A stretch of 64,000 nucleotides of DNA from Minisyncoccia bacterium (GTDB taxonomy: Bacteria; Patescibacteriota; Minisyncoccia; Phycocordibacterales; DATDWN01). How positions within the stretch are numbered: position 1 is the stretch's first letter; the number at the start of each line of letters is the position of its first letter. The stretch covers positions 15,112 through 79,111 of the forward strand of contig JBAQTF010000015.1 in the NCBI GenBank assembly GCA_049296855.1, read 5' to 3'. A model generated the notes under the pieces. That model was given only the letters and a program-made list of their open reading frames with translations, had not been told where the DNA came from and ran no database searches. Shown in pieces: positions 36,866 through 45,717 of the stretch. A program made the position numbers and the translations under genes.

Positions 36866-38794
36866 ATGAAAGGAAAGACCTTTGAAGGACCTATCTCCAT
36901 CAACACAAAAGGTGTTGGTTTTTTTGATGTCAATCCCGAGGTTAAAAAAAAGGGTGAAAGTATCGAGATACAACCAGAGTTTGTAAATCGTGCTCTTCAT
37001 GGTGATATTGTGCAGATTATTCTAACTGGTAAAAAAATAAAAAATCGTGAACAGGGTAAGATTTTAAAAGTAGTGAAACGAGCAAAAGAAGAGTTCGTCG
37101 GTGAGGTTGTGGAGAGAGACGGAAAAAGTTTTGTTGTACCAGACGACAAACGACTTTATGTCGACATTCCCCTACTGGTAGGAGAAAGAGCTCCGGTTGG
37201 AAATAAAGTTCTAGTGAAAATAATAAATTGGAACACTCTCGAAGGAAAAATCCTAAAAATCATTGGTTCGAAAGGTGAGAATAATACTGAGATGGAATCT
37301 ATCGTTCTGGAGAAAGGTTTTCGAATCGAGTTTCCTAGAGAAGCCCTAGATGAAGCGAATCGAATAAAAAGTGATTACAAAAATAGTTTTGAGGTAGAAA
37401 TTGCGAACCGTCGTGATATGCGAGGTGTAACAACAATGACCATAGACCCTTTTGACGCAAAAGACTTTGATGATGCTATTTCATTTGCCCCATTGGGAGA
37501 TGATAGGTACGAGATTGGGGTACATATTGCAGATGTTTCTCACTTCGTCACCCCAGAATCTAGTCTCGATCGAGAAGCAGAAAAAAGAGGATTGTCTGTT
37601 TACCTTGTTGACCGAACTATTCCAATGCTACCAGAAGTACTTTCGAACGATCTCTGTTCACTCAATCCAGATGAAGATAAGCTCACTTTTTCCGCAGTAT
37701 TTAAAATGGACGGACAGGGTAAAGTATTAGACGAATGGTTTGGCCGGACAATCATACACAGTAACAAACGATTTACATACGAAGATGCGAACGATGTGAT
37801 TATTGGAAAGACAGATGGACCATACAAAACAGAGCTATTAAAACTAAATGAGATTGCAAAAAAACTAGAGAAAGCAAAAACTCAAAACGGCGCAATGGTT
37901 TTTGAGACGGATGAAGTCAAATTTGTGTTAGATGAAAAAGGAAAACCTGTTAGTGTCTACAGGAAGCAAAGACTTGATACCCACAAGCTAGTGGAAGAGT
38001 TCATGCTCCTGGCAAACCGCGCTGTGGCAAAGTTTGTTTTTCTGTCTCAGAACAAAGATATTTTTAAAGGCAAAAAACAGTCTGTTTATCGTATACACCC
38101 ACAACCGGACAAAGAAAGAATCCAGAATCTAGCAATTTTCCTAAAAGCTATGGGGTTTGATCTAAAAAACAAAGATGGAGGGGTAACTTCAAAAGATTTA
38201 AATAAACTATTAGAAGAAGTGAAAGGTACACCGAACGAGGAACTTATTAACACTGCGACTATACGAAGTATGGCCAAAGCGACGTATTCTACAAAAAATA
38301 TCGGTCACTTTAGTTTAGCTTTTGCCTATTACACACACTTTACATCTCCTATTCGCCGATATCCAGACATACTTGTACATCGTTTTCTCGAACGAGAATT
38401 GAAAGGAGGAAAGGTTGAGTTAGACGAATATCAAAAATTCGAAAGTATTTGTCTGGCATCATCCGAACTCGAGAAAAGAGCAACTGACGCAGAACGGGCT
38501 TCAATAAAATACAAACAAGTCGAATACATGACGGAACATGTCGGAGAAGAGTTTATGGGTACGATAACCGGTGTAACCGAATGGGGCATCTACGTAGAAG
38601 AAAAAGAAACAAAATGTGAAGGAATGGTTAAAGTCCGAGACCTTCCACAAGATTTCTATACTTTGGATGAAAAAAATTACACGCTTAAAGGCGAACAGAC
38701 TGGTCGCAAATTTACTCTTGGCGACGTAGTGAAATTTAAAATAGTCTCCGCAGACATGGAACGTCGTGCTTTGGATTATAGTATTGTTGGATAA
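36866..38794 (+). CDS. rnr: Ribonuclease R / RNase II-family exoribonuclease.
   Basis: It has an RNB catalytic domain (FDDAIS, HIADVSHFV, the RNB signature) and a C-terminal S1-like domain. Confidence 0.9.
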   Translation: MKGKTFEGPISINTKGVGFFDVNPEVKKKGESIEIQPEFVNRALHGDIVQIILTGKKIKNREQGKILKVVKRAKEEFVGEVVERDGKSFVVPDDKRLYVDIPLLVGERAPVGNKVLVKIINWNTLEGKILKIIGSKGENNTEMESIVLEKGFRIEFPREALDEANRIKSDYKNSFEVEIANRRDMRGVTTMTIDPFDAKDFDDAISFAPLGDDRYEIGVHIADVSHFVTPESSLDREAEKRGLSVYLVDRTIPMLPEVLSNDLCSLNPDEDKLTFSAVFKMDGQGKVLDEWFGRTIIHSNKRFTYEDANDVIIGKTDGPYKTELLKLNEIAKKLEKAKTQNGAMVFETDEVKFVLDEKGKPVSVYRKQRLDTHKLVEEFMLLANRAVAKFVFLSQNKDIFKGKKQSVYRIHPQPDKERIQNLAIFLKAMGFDLKNKDGGVTSKDLNKLLEEVKGTPNEELINTATIRSMAKATYSTKNIGHFSLAFAYYTHFTSPIRRYPDILVHRFLERELKGGKVELDEYQKFESICLASSELEKRATDAERASIKYKQVEYMTEHVGEEFMGTITGVTEWGIYVEEKETKCEGMVKVRDLPQDFYTLDEKNYTLKGEQTGRKFTLGDVVKFKIVSADMERRALDYSIVG

Positions 38795-38800
38795 AAGAAA

Positions 38801-38824
38801 ACCTCGCGCCGTAAAGCGCGAGGT
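38801..38824. terminator. Bidirectional hairpin terminator between rnr and the convergent minus-strand gene.
   Basis: The stem ACCTCGCGC/GCGCGAGGT has a T-run only on the minus side. Confidence 0.5.
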
Positions 38825-38842
38825 CCCAACAACGACACAAGG

Positions 38843-39283
38843 TCAGTTCACGAACTTAGAGGCCAATTTACCATGGCCAGCTAGATAAGCCATACCGATC
38901 ACTGTATCCAGCTTACGATGGCACTTCATAACCTCTTTTTCATATTTCCTAATCTCTGAAACAATCAAATCCTTTGCATAAACTGGGCTATCTTTTGCAA
39001 GTTCTTCGGAAAAGCGCTCGGTCCAATATCCCCGCTTCTTGAAGGCATCTTGCAATTTGTCTTCCTTTTCCTGCAACTCCTCCTTAAGTCCGTCTGTACC
39101 TAACAAAAACCACACACGAAATGACCGAAGACCAGGGATGTAGGGTAACCAAATCAAGATACATAGGAACGCAGAGATCACCAGAGAGATCAAAACTGTA
39201 ATCATGGAATCACTCCTTATCCGAGCTTCCAGGCCCGGCAACTCGCAAGGTCCTTCCTTGCGATCTTTTTGTAGCATAATCAC
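38843..39283 (-). CDS. Hypothetical membrane protein of 146 aa.
   Basis: It has one TM helix and a charged C-terminal domain. GC is elevated. Confidence 0.4.
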   Translation of the reverse strand: MIMLQKDRKEGPCELPGLEARIRSDSMITVLISLVISAFLCILIWLPYIPGLRSFRVWFLLGTDGLKEELQEKEDKLQDAFKKRGYWTERFSEELAKDSPVYAKDLIVSEIRKYEKEVMKCHRKLDTVIGMAYLAGHGKLASKFVN

Positions 39284-39303
39284 AAAAACTCAAAAAGTCA
39301 AAT

Positions 39304-41577
39304 TTATTTCGCAACTGCAACTGCTTCTTCAAAGGAGACGGACAAAAGTTTTGATCCCCCTCCAATGCCCATAGTCACCCCATACAAAATCCCCGCTCGA
39401 GACATTGTTTCGCGATTATGAGTAATGACAATAAGCTGTGAACGTCCCGATAAATTTTCCACCATATCTGCGTATTTTTTTGAATTTGCTTCGTCGAGAG
39501 CTGCATCGGTTTCATCCAAAATAATAAACGGTGGTGGATTTACCTGTGAGATAGCAAAGAGAAGCGCAATGGATGTCAGTGCTCTCTCACCCCCCGAAAG
39601 CATCATGAGACCCTTTATCTTTTTCTTTGGTAAATTCACTTCAATATCGATCCCTTCTTCTGTCGTAGCTTCACCTAATGTTAATTCGTCTTCGGCCGAA
39701 GGTAAACTGTCAAAAATATCCTCATCTTTGATTTTACGTTTTTGAGGCACAGTTACTGAAAGTTTTGCTTCTCCACCACCAAACATCAAGGCAAAATATT
39801 CTTTGAACTGAATGTTTATTTTTTCCAATCCTGTTTTGAATTCTATGTCTAATCGCTGGTTTAAATCTAAAATAAGCTCGGACAAAGACGCCGCTGATTT
39901 TTCCAAATCTGCAATTTCTCTCTCCAGAAACATATCGCGTTCACTAGCCTCTTTGTATTCTTTAAGTGTCTCAGCTCCACCAATTCCACCTGATTCCTCA
40001 AGACGAATTTTTATCTTTTCTATTTTTCTTCTTCTCTCCTCTTGAATATTTCGTGGTTCGTTAAAATCACCTGCCTGCCCATTTGGGAGACTTAAAGATT
40101 GATACTGTAAGACTGCAGTTCCGATCATCATGCTGAGCTCATTTAACTCTCTTTTAAAATCCTCGCTAATAATTCGAATTACCTCTTCTTGGTTTACAAG
40201 ATCATGTAATTTAGATCTAACCTCCTGCGACTCCGCCATAATGCGAAAAACTGCTTTCTCGGCATCTCGATTGGAATCTTTTTCTTTCTCAATCTCTTCT
40301 TTTAGTTTCGAGTAGCGTGAAGATAGAGCTTCTTCTTTTTTCTTAGCCTCTTCAAGTTTTTCTTCAAATTCTCTTTTAGATTTCCTTAAGTTGTTAATAT
40401 CTCTGTGAACATCTGTAAGAAGTGACATATCTACTTTGTCCTTATTGTGATCAATATAATCCGTGATAAGTCCATATATTTCGTCGAGTGCTTGGGAGAG
40501 TGACGTTAAATCTCCGGAGCTCTTAGCTGATTTGATTTTCTCTTCTATTTTAGCGCTCAATTCTTCAATAGAAACTAGAGTAACTGTCTTATGTTCATAA
40601 GAATGTGCTACCTCTTCCTGTTTTTTCACCATTTTCACAAGAGAGTTTAGCTCACCATCAAGACGACCAAGTTCACGAAATAAACTATCTTTTTCGTCTC
40701 TAAAACTATGTAAATCACTCTCAAGTTGAATCAATTCGCTTGATTTCTCATCTTTGTTTTTGGCTTTTTCTAAAACAGCTTTGGCCGAGCTCAATTCTCT
40801 CTCTAATTCTTTTTCCTTGTGAGTAAGTGGTAATTTTTCAGTATAAATTTTCTCTTTTGTTCGACTAATATATTCCTCTTCTCGTTTACAGTACTCTAGA
40901 GCCAAAACATGAAGTTCTTCCTCTAATTCGATTCCTTTTTGCACTTTCTCAACCTGCTTTTTCAAAAATTTGATATGAGGATTTATCTCACGTCGTAATG
41001 ATTCAACTTGTTTTATATTTTCTCGAGTCTTTTCAAGTCTCTTTTCACTTTCTTGTTTTTTGTATTGATAGAGTTTCAGACCAAGAGCATCCTCTATCAT
41101 TGTTTTGCGCTCTTTTGTACTAGCATTTAAAATTCTATCTGCTTCTCCTTGAGAAATAATGTGATGTCCAGATGAACCAATATGTGCAGAGGCAAGAAGT
41201 TCTACCACATCTCGTAGACGTACCTGTGAACCGTTTATCAAATACTCATTTACAGAGTCACGATGGACAACACGCTCAACAGTAACTGTTTCATAATCGA
41301 TCGGCAGAAATTTTGTACTGTTATCAAAAACGACTTTCACACTAGCTCTGTTTGCCCTCGGTAAATCCCCCGCTCCATTCCAAATGAGATCTTCACCCTT
41401 TTTACCACGCAGACTTTTTATTGATTGTTCACCAAGTACAAAACTAAATGCCTCGGCAATGTTCGATTTTCCAGATCCGTTCGGCCCAACAATAGCCGAA
41501 ACTTTTGACTTAAACTCAAGTTCGCTCTTTTTGGCGAATGATTTAAACCCCGAAAGTTCTATCGATTTTAAATACAT
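39304..41577 (-). CDS. SMC/RecN-like chromosome-associated ATPase, short at 757 aa, apparently without a hinge.
   Basis: It has an N-terminal Walker A GPNGSGKSN, a long coiled coil, and a C-terminal signature LSGGERALTSIALLFAI...ILDETDAALD. Confidence 0.7.
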   Translation of the reverse strand: MYLKSIELSGFKSFAKKSELEFKSKVSAIVGPNGSGKSNIAEAFSFVLGEQSIKSLRGKKGEDLIWNGAGDLPRANRASVKVVFDNSTKFLPIDYETVTVERVVHRDSVNEYLINGSQVRLRDVVELLASAHIGSSGHHIISQGEADRILNASTKERKTMIEDALGLKLYQYKKQESEKRLEKTRENIKQVESLRREINPHIKFLKKQVEKVQKGIELEEELHVLALEYCKREEEYISRTKEKIYTEKLPLTHKEKELERELSSAKAVLEKAKNKDEKSSELIQLESDLHSFRDEKDSLFRELGRLDGELNSLVKMVKKQEEVAHSYEHKTVTLVSIEELSAKIEEKIKSAKSSGDLTSLSQALDEIYGLITDYIDHNKDKVDMSLLTDVHRDINNLRKSKREFEEKLEEAKKKEEALSSRYSKLKEEIEKEKDSNRDAEKAVFRIMAESQEVRSKLHDLVNQEEVIRIISEDFKRELNELSMMIGTAVLQYQSLSLPNGQAGDFNEPRNIQEERRRKIEKIKIRLEESGGIGGAETLKEYKEASERDMFLEREIADLEKSAASLSELILDLNQRLDIEFKTGLEKINIQFKEYFALMFGGGEAKLSVTVPQKRKIKDEDIFDSLPSAEDELTLGEATTEEGIDIEVNLPKKKIKGLMMLSGGERALTSIALLFAISQVNPPPFIILDETDAALDEANSKKYADMVENLSGRSQLIVITHNRETMSRAGILYGVTMGIGGGSKLLSVSFEEAVAVAK

Positions 41578-41627
41578 AAATTAAGAATTTAAAATAATTA
41601 TAACAAATTTTTAACGTAATAGAAAAA

Positions 41628-41669
41628 GCACACTCTAGGAAAAGCGAATGTGCTTTTCCTAGAGTGTGC
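41628..41669 (-). terminator. Intrinsic terminator for the gene at 41687-41917.
   Basis: The perfect 18-bp stem GCACACTCTAGGAAAAGC...GCTTTTCCTAGAGTGTGC is followed by a T-run on the minus strand. Confidence 0.6.
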
Positions 41670-41686
41670 ATGGGGACGACAAACAT

Positions 41687-41917
41687 TCACACAGACAACT
41701 TGCGTTCGTGTCTACTGAGAGCGCAAGAAAGCTCTCGGATTGACTCGTTGGCACGTTCTGCCTCAAAGTAGTCTCCTTGTTTGAGACTACTCTCCAGACA
41801 TTTCCGCCGTTTTAAGATCTCGATTCGCAGAGTCTTACAACGCGATAGTCTCCACTGTTTCAAAAAGTGTTTCAAAAGTTGGGGCATGAGCTCCCTCCGT
41901 CCACTACTATACACCAA
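41687..41917 (-). CDS. Hypothetical basic 76-aa protein.
   Basis: A terminator follows it. It matches no family. Confidence 0.35.
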   Translation of the reverse strand: MVYSSGRRELMPQLLKHFLKQWRLSRCKTLRIEILKRRKCLESSLKQGDYFEAERANESIRELSCALSRHERKLSV

Positions 41918-41937
41918 CTAACACTGTTTGTAAATAG

Positions 41938-42627
41938 TTAGTTCCAACCTCTTTTTTGCAAAGCTTCTTTGGCCGCCTCTTGTTCCGCATCTTGTTTCGA
42001 TTCTCCCTCTCCTGTCGCTACTAGTTCCTTTCCTACATAAACACCGACAGTAAATTTCTTTTCGTGATCTGGGCCAGATTCCTTCATTGTCTTATATAAA
42101 GGCGTAATACCATCAAACTCTTGTGCTTTTTCTTGAAAAAGACTTTTTGCATCAACGTGACTCCCTGCAGAAATAATATCTTCGATAAGTGGAGTAAAAT
42201 TAGTTTCAATAAAATCTTTAGCTTTATCCAATCCTTGGTCAATGTAAATTGCACCGATAAGAGCCTCGAGTGCATTTGCTAATATGTACTGCCTCGCACG
42301 ACCAACGTCTTTACTCTCACCTTTTGATAGCAGAAGATATTCTCCCATTCCGAGTTTTGTCGCAACACCAGCACATGTGTCAGCATTTACCAACGCAGAA
42401 CGATAAGCGGTCAGTTCACCTTCTGCTTTGTTTTCATATTTTTTGTATAGAAAATCTGTGATAACTAATTCCAACACTGCGTCGCCCAAAAACTCCAAAC
42501 GTTCGTTGTGAAAAAGTCCTGATGCTTTGTTTTCGTTTATATAGGAACGATGAACAAAAGCTTGTTTTAATAAAGCTTTGTTGCCAAAACTAATTTTAAT
42601 TTTCTTCTCAAATTGTTCAAAATCCAT
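41938..42627 (-). CDS. rnc: Ribonuclease III.
   Basis: It has the RNase III signature ERLEFLGDAVLEL and a C-terminal dsRBD. Confidence 0.9.
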   Translation of the reverse strand: MDFEQFEKKIKISFGNKALLKQAFVHRSYINENKASGLFHNERLEFLGDAVLELVITDFLYKKYENKAEGELTAYRSALVNADTCAGVATKLGMGEYLLLSKGESKDVGRARQYILANALEALIGAIYIDQGLDKAKDFIETNFTPLIEDIISAGSHVDAKSLFQEKAQEFDGITPLYKTMKESGPDHEKKFTVGVYVGKELVATGEGESKQDAEQEAAKEALQKRGWN

Positions 42628-42628
42628 A

Positions 42629-43525
42629 TTATTTCTTCTGAAGTAGTATATTGATAGCCTTTGTCACAAGTGGAAGTATATCGTTATAAAAATTTAGGTC
42701 AAGGATATCGGCAAGTTTGAACCATTTTGCATCGTCAAGGCCTCCCTTAGCCTCCATGATGATATCTTGGAACTTTGACTCAGCTAAATAGTAGATAACG
42801 TGTTTTTTTATCTTACCTTTTTCTGGATGATATGTTGGATACTCGTTTTCTCCAAGTTTTTCTTTCAATTTTATGTCGAGACCCAACTCCTGTTTAATCT
42901 CACCTATAATGCCCTCTTCTATGCCCTCACCATCTTCAATATGTCCTTTGGATAGAGTCCAGCGACCAAACACGTCGTGAACCAAGGCCAGATAAATATC
43001 CTCTCCATCACGAGCAAAAACTACCGCACCACCCAGATGTTCTACTGGCACGACTCCGTTGTTAAAGTTTTTCTTTTTATCTTTTGATGTTTCGTCTTTA
43101 CCAGGTTCACCAAGCTCTTTGTACACTGCACCGAGAACACCATTGACGAATTTACTTGATGTTTCCCCACCAAATGTTTTCGATAGCTCAATAGCCTCGT
43201 TTATAGCAACTTTTGGAGGAACCTGAGCTCTGTCGGCAAATAACAATTCAAATAGTCCGATACGAAGAATGTTTCGATCTATAATACTGATTTTAGTAAT
43301 CGGCCAGTCAGGAGCTGCTTTTTCGATAATCAGATCGATGTCTTTTTGTTTATCCAATACACCATCAATCAAATTTTCCATAAAAGAAAAATCTCCGTGA
43401 CCAGGTGCAAATTCTTTTGCATCACGCATGAAGATTTCCTTTGCCTGTGTAGAATTTTTAGTACCAAAATCCCACTCAAAGAGTGACTGTAGAACTATTG
43501 ATCTGGAAAGGTGCCGATTCGCCAT
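42629..43525 (-). CDS. nusB: NusB-like antitermination domain fused to a C-terminal Nudix hydrolase domain.
   Basis: The N-terminus (about 1-140) is NusB-like (RSIVLQSLFEWDF, IDRNILRIGLFELLF). The C-terminus has a complete Nudix box GHIEDGEGIEEGIIGEIKQELGL. Confidence 0.75.
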   Translation of the reverse strand: MANRHLSRSIVLQSLFEWDFGTKNSTQAKEIFMRDAKEFAPGHGDFSFMENLIDGVLDKQKDIDLIIEKAAPDWPITKISIIDRNILRIGLFELLFADRAQVPPKVAINEAIELSKTFGGETSSKFVNGVLGAVYKELGEPGKDETSKDKKKNFNNGVVPVEHLGGAVVFARDGEDIYLALVHDVFGRWTLSKGHIEDGEGIEEGIIGEIKQELGLDIKLKEKLGENEYPTYHPEKGKIKKHVIYYLAESKFQDIIMEAKGGLDDAKWFKLADILDLNFYNDILPLVTKAINILLQKK

Positions 43526-43577
43526 GACTGCTTACTAGTATAGAACATTCCAAAACAAACAACAACAAAACTAAAAG

Positions 43578-43805
43578 TTATCTCCCCTCCTTTTTCTGAG
43601 CTGAAACCTTCTTTGCTCTTTTTGTAATTTTTGCAGCAACATCAATAACCATTCTGCCTTTATACTGACCTGTAACAGTTGATGCCCTATGTCGTAAATG
43701 TGGAGTATTTGTGTTTTTATCCAAAGTTACAGCAGGACTCACGAGCCTGTGGTGAGACCGTGTGCTGTTTCGCTCACTCTTTGTATGACGCATTCTTACA
43801 ACCAT
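43578..43805 (-). CDS. rpmB: Probable 50S ribosomal protein L28 (divergent).
   Basis: It is small and basic. NSTRSHHR..P and the C-terminal GRMVIDVAAKITKRAK pattern resemble bL28. The call is uncertain. Confidence 0.4.
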   Translation of the reverse strand: MVVRMRHTKSERNSTRSHHRLVSPAVTLDKNTNTPHLRHRASTVTGQYKGRMVIDVAAKITKRAKKVSAQKKEGR

Positions 43806-43860
43806 AATGAAGATAGACTACACTAAACTCTAAAAAAAATCAAATGAATATTTTTTAACA

Positions 43861-43884
43861 AAAAACCACCGACATTTGTCGGGG
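43861..43884 (-). terminator. Intrinsic terminator after the Nudix gene.
   Basis: The stem CCGACA..TGTCGG is followed by TTTTTT on the minus strand. A 13-bp hairpin at 43895-43930 overlaps the end of the gene. Confidence 0.5.
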
Positions 43885-43920
43885 TTGCTGTAGAGGTCTC
43901 GTGAGGTGGTAATCCATACC

Positions 43921-44442
43921 TCACGAGACCTTGGCTAGAAGTTGCTTCTGTATACGCGGAATTGCCTCTTTGAAAGCAGGCATGTGGGTCCGGTAGAGAT
44001 TGACCCTACCACTCATGATGTCACTGACAGAAGCCCAGTACGGTGGAAAGAGTTCCGTCTCCTCTTCGTACTTAATCTCCTCCGTACGGAGGCTACCCTC
44101 GAGAGCATCGTATGGGAAGAGAAAGAAAACCTTTCGAGCTTTCTTGGCAATCCAATCATAAACCTTTTCAGGTTCAAAACCAGACCTCAGTAAAAGAAAA
44201 GTCTCCTCTGAATACTCCCTTCTTAAGGTTTTGACCAGGGTTATAGGTTTTGTGAGGTCACCATCTTCTGGTTCCCACATTCCACCTGGGAACCTGGTCA
44301 GTATCCCTTGCCGACTATATTCTGGAAGTAGAAACTTCCCATCTTGCAAAAGAACCTCGATCTTGCCACCTAATTCTCGGTAGGAAATCCCGCCGACAAA
44401 AGGTATATTGTCCATCTGTTCCTCCTCTCGACATAATAACAT
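43921..44442 (-). CDS. Nudix-family hydrolase.
   Basis: It has a degenerate Nudix box, GGMWEPEDGDLTKPITLVKTLRREYSEETF. Confidence 0.55.
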   Translation of the reverse strand: MLLCREEEQMDNIPFVGGISYRELGGKIEVLLQDGKFLLPEYSRQGILTRFPGGMWEPEDGDLTKPITLVKTLRREYSEETFLLLRSGFEPEKVYDWIAKKARKVFFLFPYDALEGSLRTEEIKYEEETELFPPYWASVSDIMSGRVNLYRTHMPAFKEAIPRIQKQLLAKVS

Positions 44443-44465
44443 TTAACTGTATTTAAGTCAATATT

Positions 44466-45062
44466 TCAGCTTTTCAGGAAGGTCTTGCGATGTATTGGAG
44501 TTTGACCGTTCTTTTTTATCATTTTTATGTGCTTTTCCGTACCATAGCCTTTGTGTAACTCAAAACCATATTTAGGAAACTTTTTACTCAAGCGTGACAT
44601 GAGCGTGTCCCGAGAGACTTTAGCTAGTATTGATGCCCAAGCAATTATTTTCTCTTTCTCATCCCCTTTTATAATGGTCTTTTGATTTTTAAACTCCTGT
44701 GGAGCTTTTAGATTACCGTCAAGTAACACTTCAGTATTTTTTGGATTTAGTTTTAGTTTTTTGATATTTGAAAATATAGCTTTGTTAATGGCGAATAATA
44801 TTCCTCTTGAATCAATGATTTTATTCCCAATGTGAGTTATAGAATAAGAAATTTTTTTCTCTTTTGTTAGATTTTCCAAAACTTTTTGAAATTTTTCTCT
44901 TTCAAGTGGTTTTAGTTTTTTACTATCCTTTCCATGAGCAGGCAGAGTTCGAGAATTTTTTAATTTTTTGTAAATATTTATCTCACAGGAAACAATACAA
45001 ACAGATACTGGTCCTGCTAACGGACCTCGACCGACTTCATCAACTCCAGCAATGATTTTCAT
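44466..45062 (-). CDS. rnhB: Ribonuclease HII.
   Basis: It has the N-terminal GVDEVGRGPLAGPV signature. Confidence 0.9.
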   Translation of the reverse strand: MKIIAGVDEVGRGPLAGPVSVCIVSCEINIYKKLKNSRTLPAHGKDSKKLKPLEREKFQKVLENLTKEKKISYSITHIGNKIIDSRGILFAINKAIFSNIKKLKLNPKNTEVLLDGNLKAPQEFKNQKTIIKGDEKEKIIAWASILAKVSRDTLMSRLSKKFPKYGFELHKGYGTEKHIKMIKKNGQTPIHRKTFLKS

Positions 45063-45105
45063 ATTGAAATCTTAACACGACTTTGTTTTCTTACGAACGC
45101 GACCT

Positions 45106-45191
45106 CGAAAATAATGAGTGAAACGAATATATTTTCGGAAGTACTCTTGTGGTGTTAGTAAGTTAGAAACACAAGAAGTGCCCATGTGGTA
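45106..45191. repeat. Composite repeat region: the R1 element (45106-45145), GAAGTACTCTTGTGGTG (45137-45153), and an inverted partner GAAACACAAGAAGTGCCCATGTGGTAC (45165-45191).
   Basis: R1 is about 95% identical to 18602-18643. The core motifs match copies at 5441, 5496, 19288 and 35744. Confidence 0.55.
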
Positions 45192-45219
45192 CATGTTTAT
45201 CTTCTCTGTATAAAAGAAA

Positions 45220-45246
45220 AGAGGTCTCCGCGCTATGCGGAAACCT
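45220..45246 (-). terminator. Intrinsic terminator for the gene at 45260-45466.
   Basis: The stem GAGGTCTCCGCGC...GCGGAAACCTC is followed by a T-run on the minus strand. Confidence 0.45.
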
Positions 45247-45259
45247 CGAATCAGATCTC

Positions 45260-45466
45260 TCACTCGAAAAAGATTCTAATATCGTATCGACGCTTCAGTC
45301 GAATTACAGTAACAATCGAAGCACCGATTACCAACTGAAAGATGAGCCACATTCTCTCTTCAAACTTGATGCCAGAAGAGAAAAACTCCACTGCGACGAC
45401 GACCAACGCAAGGATCCGGAGAACAATGAGGAACTTGTCACATTTTTGCTTCCTTTTATTTATCAT
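45260..45466 (-). CDS. Small membrane protein of 68 aa.
   Basis: It has one TM helix, LIVLRILALVVVAVEFF, with a terminator downstream. Confidence 0.4.
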   Translation of the reverse strand: MINKRKQKCDKFLIVLRILALVVVAVEFFSSGIKFEERMWLIFQLVIGASIVTVIRLKRRYDIRIFFE

Positions 45467-45469
45467 CTT

Positions 45470-45580
45470 TCACCCCTTTTTTTGATTTTGATGTACAGAA
45501 TCCATCAAAAAAACTTGGATCATCGACCATAAAATGAAGCTAAGACCTACCAAGCCAAGGAAGTCGTAAAGAAATTTCAT
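45470..45580 (-). CDS. Small hydrophobic peptide of 36 aa, below the 60-aa cutoff of the ORF track, immediately upstream of the 68-aa gene.
   Basis: An RBS AGGGGAG lies 8 nt before the ATG at 45580. The sequence is MKFLYDFLGLVGLSFILWSMIQVFLMDSVHQNQKKG, and its stop is 3 nt before the next start. Confidence 0.3.
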   Translation of the reverse strand: MKFLYDFLGLVGLSFILWSMIQVFLMDSVHQNQKKG

Positions 45581-45717
45581 CAGTGTGTCTCCCCTAGTTG
45601 TAGGACTATAAGCTAACTATTTTCCATCTATCATTATGGTGGAAAATGAGACAAATGTCAATGCAAATTTCGAAGCCGTAGATTTAGACTAATGATATAC
45701 TTTCACCAATCATCAGC

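Noticed and set aside
45072-45263. 63-aa ORF upstream of rnhB
   Set aside because: It lies entirely within the repeat-rich intergenic region (R1 and core motifs) and a terminator hairpin. Its amino-acid composition looks non-protein-like.
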